NCBI GenBank assembly: GCA_035703635.1
Contig: DASSXV010000007.1
Coordinates: 1-64,000 of the forward strand
From: Trueperaceae bacterium
GTDB taxonomy: Bacteria; Deinococcota; Deinococci; Deinococcales; Trueperaceae
Direction: 5' to 3'
DNA length: 64,000 nt
Part shown: positions 60,501-64,000 of the stretch, one piece after another
Layout: the number at the start of each line of letters is the position of its first letter
Numbering within the stretch: position 1 is the first letter of the stretch
Position numbers and translations under genes: made by a program
The notes under the pieces: generated by a model
Told to the model about the DNA's origin: nothing
What the model saw: only the letters and a program-made list of their open reading frames with translations
The model's database searches: none

Positions 60501-63500
60501 CCTGCGCCGTCAGTTGCGGGGCGGAGTCCTGGCCGCCAAGGGCCAGGCGCGCGGGGCCGAGGTCTAGCCGCATGGTGCCGGAGGCGCGCAGTCCTTGACC
60601 GGCTACCGTCCGCAACCGCACCTGCGACGTCACGGGGAGGTCGATGCCCTGCCTGACGGCTGGCGTTTCGGCGAGGGTGGCGACGTTCAGGTCGGTGGTC
60701 GGCCACAGGCGTCCCTGCACGCGCAGCGATTGGCTGAGGGGCGCGCCGCTGACGATCTGGTCGAGGGTCACTCCCGTCGTCGAGATGGTGGCGCGGCCGA
60801 CGGCGGTGATGCCGGAGTCGACGCTGTTCTCGACGTTGGTGCTGAGCACGAGTTGCGGCAGGGCGCCCTCGCCGATCACGGTGCCGGTCGCACCGAACGC
60901 CATGCCGGCTAGTTCTGCGCCCGCCAAGTAGGCGGTGCCCGTCCACGAACCGCTCGCGCCAGCCGTGCCGCGCTCGGCGCTTAGGGCGACGGTGCCGCCG
61001 TAAGCGCTGCCGTTCAGCGCAACCGTCATGGGGGAACCGTCGGCCGCCGCCAGGTCGAGGGCGAGGTCAAGATCGGGGCCAGCCGCGCTGCCTTGGAAAC
61101 GCACGCTCGACAAGCTGCCGGAACCTGCCGCGTTCACGGTCATGCCTGCCCCGACCTCGAGTGCCGTTAGGGCAGCGTTCCACTCGCCTGTCGTGGTCGT
61201 GAACGCTCCCGTTAGGTGCTCGCTGGTGAGGGTGTAACTCCCGAGCGCCGCCGGGGCCGTCAAGTGGATGTCGCCGAGGTCGATGCCGCCCGCGCTTGCG
61301 TTGTAGACGCTCGCCTGCAACCACGGTCCGTCAGCGTTAGCGTCGAGTGTGACGCTCACCTTGCCAGCCAGGCTGGAGCTGACGGCGCTCAGGTCGCCTG
61401 CCAGGCTCGCCGATCCCAGGTCGGCGGCCACGTCGGCGCTGAAGCCTGCCAGGCGGCCCGCGCCCGTAAGCACCACCGTCGGGCCGTCGCCGTTCTCGCC
61501 GCCAGCGAAGAGGAGCACGGCCTCGCCGTAACGGGCGCTTCCTGCCGCGCTGGCGACGCCCGCTCGCAGGCTGGCCCGCAGGTCGGTGGCGAACTGCCCG
61601 ACTGCCAAGTCGCTGGTGAGGTTGAGCTCGCCGCCCGCCGGGCGACCACTAGCCGCCAGTGTGCCGGTCACGCGCCCGTCGCCCACGAGGTTGGCCGTGA
61701 TGCTCGGGTCGGCGACCGTGCCGCCAACCGACAGGCCGCCGCTGACGCTGCCGTCGAACCCCACCACGCCGAGGCCGCTGGCGTTGAGCGAGCCCGCGAT
61801 CACGGCGCTGCCGAGGTCGTTGAGGTCGAGCGCCGTTAGGGAGAGCGGGCCACGCAAGGTGCCAACGAGGGGAGCGTCCGTGAGGTTCACGTCCGCCAGG
61901 TTCAGTTGGGCGCTAAGCGCGAAGTCCGCACTGGCGGCTGCGCCGAGCGTGAAGCCGCCTTTGCCCGTCACCCGCGAGTTGGGGGCGGTCAGCACGAGTT
62001 CGTCTATCAAGACGCCGGCAGAGGAGACGGCCGCCGTCAGGTTCAGGCGCGGCGCTGTTACCTGCGGGACCCACGGCGCGAGGTCGAAGTCGGTCGCGCG
62101 CAATCTGCCTTGCCAAGCCAATTGCCCACCGTTCGGCTGATTAGCTTCGAAGGTGGCCGTTACGTTCGGGCCCTTGAGGTCGGCGCTGGCCGCGGCTCCT
62201 GCATAGGCGACCGGCCCAGTGGCGGAGACGGCGCCCGTAAGAGTGGCCGTGCCGTGCAGCTCCGGGCTGGTGAGGGTGCCGCCGACCGTTAGGTGAGCAG
62301 CTAGCGCGGTCGGCGCGGCGGAGGCGGCGGCGAGCAACTGTTCGAGCGCCATCGTCAACTCGACGTGGCCGCTGATGCTGGGGTCGGCGACTGGGTCGGC
62401 CGCCAGCCTTATCGCGGCGTGGGCCGCTGGCGGCGCGTTGGCCGCGGTGTCCTCACCCGTTAGCCAGGCGCCCGCGTCGAGCAGCAGCTGCCCGTCTCCT
62501 AGGGCGTTCACGCTTAGGTGTAGCGGCTCCGCCAGCGCGCCAACGCTGCTAGACGCCGTGGCGTGCAGTCTGCCAGAGAAGCCGCCTGAACGCGACCAAC
62601 TGAGGTCGCTGGCAGGCACGGCGGCCTGAACGTCCGCCAACGCGGCCGGCAAGTCCGGCAGCAGAGCGATGATGGCAGCGACGTCAACCTCGCTAGCGCT
62701 GCCCTGCAACGCGAAGGTGGCAAGGCTCGGCGTGGTGCGCAACTGCAGGTCGCGCCACGAGAGCGTCAAGTCGCTGGCGACGAGGGCCATGGCGGCGGCG
62801 TCCGGCAGCGCGGGCGTCGTGAGGCTGCCCCTGAGGTCCAGCGCCGGGGTAACGGCGCCTGTTGCCTGCAACGTCACGGCCTCAGGTAGGAGGCCAGTGA
62901 TGCTGGCGTTCAAGGTGTTGACGCTCAGGTCGTTGCCCTGCAACGTCAACTCGGCGTCGGCCACTACCCCGTACGCAAGAACGCTGTCTGGCGGCGCTTG
63001 CAGCCGCACCGCGATGCCGCGGCCTGCCCCCGCCTCGTTGGGTCCCACGGTGGCGCTGAGGTCGGCCGCGCCGTAACGCACGCTGAGGTTGCCTCCGCCA
63101 GCCGGCGTTGCGCCCACGAGCGCCGACACGGTGGTGTTGCCGAACGTGCCTTCCAGGCGGGCTTGCGGCGGCGCGCCCGCTGCGGCGGTCCAGGCGAGGA
63201 GACCGTTCAGTTCGCCCGCCGGGCCGCTGAGGCTGAGGTGGAGGTCGTTCGGCGCGGTGCCGTGAACGCGCACTTCGTTGCCGCCCGAGCGCCCCTGCAG
63301 ATCAAGCGTTAAGCCGACGGCCAGCGGCTGGGTAGCGAGGGTGAGCGAGCCCGTGCCGTCGACTTGCAGGTCGGTGCCGAACGCTTCGCCGATGGCCGTC
63401 CAGTTGACGGCGCCAAGGTCGAGCGCCGCGCGTAGGTCGGCGCCGCTACCGGTCACGTCGGCGGTGGCGAGGGCGGCGCCGTCCCTCTGCACGAGCACCG

Positions 63501-64000
63501 CGCCGGAGTAGTCGAGCAAGTCGCCTCGCAGGTCCGCGCGGACGACCGTTGAGGTCGCACCGCTTTCGACCGCCGTGAGCGCAGTCGCCGTCCAGGCGCC
63601 GCTAGTCGCTAGCGCCGCGTCGAGGGTGAGCGGCTCGGTCAGCAAGCTGGCCACGGCCTCGAGGGCAGGCACGGCGGCAAGCACGCTGGCAGCTGGCACG
63701 CTGAGCGCCGCCTCGGCCCCGGCCGCCGCCGAGGCCGTCAGAGAGCCGACGACAGCGCCGCTAAGCTGCGCGACTACTTCGGCGTCTGCCAGCGAACCGC
63801 GCACGGCGGCCTCGACGTCGACGGTGCCTGCCGCCGTGGCGAGGGGCACGGTCAGTGCGCCACTCAGCTGGCCGTTCTCAAGCCGCCATCCACCGGCGTT
63901 CGCTCCTTGTGTCAGCCCTATGGAGCCCGTCGCGGGGTCGTAGTCAAGGGCGAGCTCCAGTGGTGGCACGCTGGCTAGGCCCTCGAGGTCGAGTGGCCTG
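57505..64000 (-). CDS. Very large TamB/AsmA-like beta-taco envelope protein (5'-truncated by the window edge)
   Basis: More than 2150 codons of alternating G/A/L/V/T beta pattern; DUF490-like C-terminus (LVLSGTAAAPRLVG, PALDVAA, ELVSLITLG, terminal W); frame is open to the window end. Confidence 0.8.
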   Translation of the reverse strand, partial: RPLDLEGLASVPPLELALDYDPATGSIGLTQGANAGGWRLENGQLSGALTVPLATAAGTVDVEAAVRGSLADAEVVAQLSGAVVGSLTASAAAGAEAALSVPAASVLAAVPALEAVASLLTEPLTLDAALATSGAWTATALTAVESGATSTVVRADLRGDLLDYSGAVLVQRDGAALATADVTGSGADLRAALDLGAVNWTAIGEAFGTDLQVDGTGSLTLATQPLAVGLTLDLQGRSGGNEVRVHGTAPNDLHLSLSGPAGELNGLLAWTAAAGAPPQARLEGTFGNTTVSALVGATPAGGGNLSVRYGAADLSATVGPNEAGAGRGIAVRLQAPPDSVLAYGVVADAELTLQGNDLSVNTLNASITGLLPEAVTLQATGAVTPALDLRGSLTTPALPDAAAMALVASDLTLSWRDLQLRTTPSLATFALQGSASEVDVAAIIALLPDLPAALADVQAAVPASDLSWSRSGGFSGRLHATASSSVGALAEPLHLSVNALGDGQLLLDAGAWLTGEDTAANAPPAAHAAIRLAADPVADPSISGHVELTMALEQLLAAASAAPTALAAHLTVGGTLTSPELHGTATLTGAVSATGPVAYAGAAASADLKGPNVTATFEANQPNGGQLAWQGRLRATDFDLAPWVPQVTAPRLNLTAAVSSAGVLIDELVLTAPNSRVTGKGGFTLGAAASADFALSAQLNLADVNLTDAPLVGTLRGPLSLTALDLNDLGSAVIAGSLNASGLGVVGFDGSVSGGLSVGGTVADPSITANLVGDGRVTGTLAASGRPAGGELNLTSDLAVGQFATDLRASLRAGVASAAGSARYGEAVLLFAGGENGDGPTVVLTGAGRLAGFSADVAADLGSASLAGDLSAVSSSLAGKVSVTLDANADGPWLQASVYNASAGGIDLGDIHLTAPAALGSYTLTSEHLTGAFTTTTGEWNAALTALEVGAGMTVNAAGSGSLSSVRFQGSAAGPDLDLALDLAAADGSPMTVALNGSAYGGTVALSAERGTAGASGSWTGTAYLAGAELAGMAFGATGTVIGEGALPQLVLSTNVENSVDSGITAVGRATISTTGVTLDQIVSGAPLSQSLRVQGRLWPTTDLNVATLAETPAVRQGIDLPVTSQVRLRTVAGQGLRASGTMRLDLGPARLALGGQDSAPQLTAQVTGLPQLRAVATLTAPDLVALVSDVVTNGLRFEGADAVRGGGVVTLAPAPTVTLDDFGATLAGIDVRASGTVGLDAADLAGEVVLATDLPLANGDLGAASSPVTEYTLPWTLVADAGVWRLAYAGELGTVLGKYEPVTAPDAVSLDVNLNLSGGVVRAELDHRAGQLTGNLHVDGLRLVPQGVGAIEVNAEGSIADGLVGGSATLDSEAGRLTLSGSWGLAGLLPAAFTVGAPSGGRIEARLRNLEVSLIPAVHERAPFLSGSITGVLQLRDELVFGQLVSLEVTAGGASSSAELAVSGSLSSLDATLRVKGGTFTANLSGARLSGSGRFERFPAQFVAQAVVGPSDVTADVTGVLRFDLPLTDVWSGYLRLATEEVRLERAGVPTVGNLSLTFDDRALVVEHAEFVGLGSWEAQGQLREEDLDFRLEAAEADFTPLLGLFPSLARLGVGASGSLTIDIGGDLAQPSATVSSPGLDFEVAGSRYRLEQTEVTLEGTALTVAAQVRGVSPLAGRLDVSGGARLSLAPVSLNGVQVNFDGSADVAGVGVIEGLTGAITKDGTRDLALTANGRLGSGDLTVTGSLLPLDLQARGKGLTVAFTPLLVANALVDADLTLVEEPGGVALGGSLTASEVIVDPSVRPPAAPAPAASSALEPGTNALAGVRFADLAIRAPQRVLLTINLASAEAALDLVLSGTAAAPRLVGSASTLRGNLRFSGRDYTIDHALATWGAGTGLYPALDVAAHAEFDKSRVVAADNRVSFVVPREGQTFVVNLAFTGQMVAAPANEGGFRFDLQPRVSSDARIEVEGDGTGSGVRSFTEAELVSLITLGRFELNAGLIGTGGLGQAVAQGALDTAVDLLVVSELANAIREALGLDVVEIRTSALSSLIDASEQPFGVSLRLGGYLNPDLFASYRIGTYDGPDRTYSVTNEVLLSYGLGPLDLDLTGRIDFPAAGVPDAPRPELGVSLSYSFGPTFGLDTGVTLSTDRSAFQVGVTLRW

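Overview
GC-rich bacterial core-genome window. Gene content and promoter style point to phylum Deinococcota, probably a Truepera-like lineage (inference from the TilS-TadA fusion, pilM-N-O-W-Q, fused SecDF, short IF2, short-LID Adk and many leaderless genes). Contents in order: the 3' end of tuf and a complete S10-spc-alpha ribosomal superoperon (1-14963); deoB; tilS-tadA; lepA; a two-component pair; four minor pilins; scpB; aroC-K-B-Q; pilMNOWQ; dnaB; a PlsY/acyl-ACP-reductase-like fusion followed by prmA, rsmE and a lipoprotein; rimP-nusA-ylxR-infB, then a small ORF, then secDF; pheST; glmS; a TPR protein; glgA; ctpA; pckA; and a 5'-truncated giant TamB-like gene. I found no mobile element, CRISPR array, tRNA or rRNA. 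Best candidates for undescribed biology: (1) a 121-aa signal-peptide ORF wedged between infB and secDF, whose last codons pair with the secDF leader (candidate secretion-monitoring arrest peptide); (2) a PlsY-fold protein with altered motifs fused to an acyl-ACP-reductase-like domain (candidate enzyme for Deinococcota-type lipids); (3) a near-leaderless 12-codon leader peptide with an attenuator before pheST; (4) a rearranged glmS-ribozyme-like RNA; (5) a strict G/T third-position bias confined to tuf. All calls come from reading motifs by eye; no database search was run.
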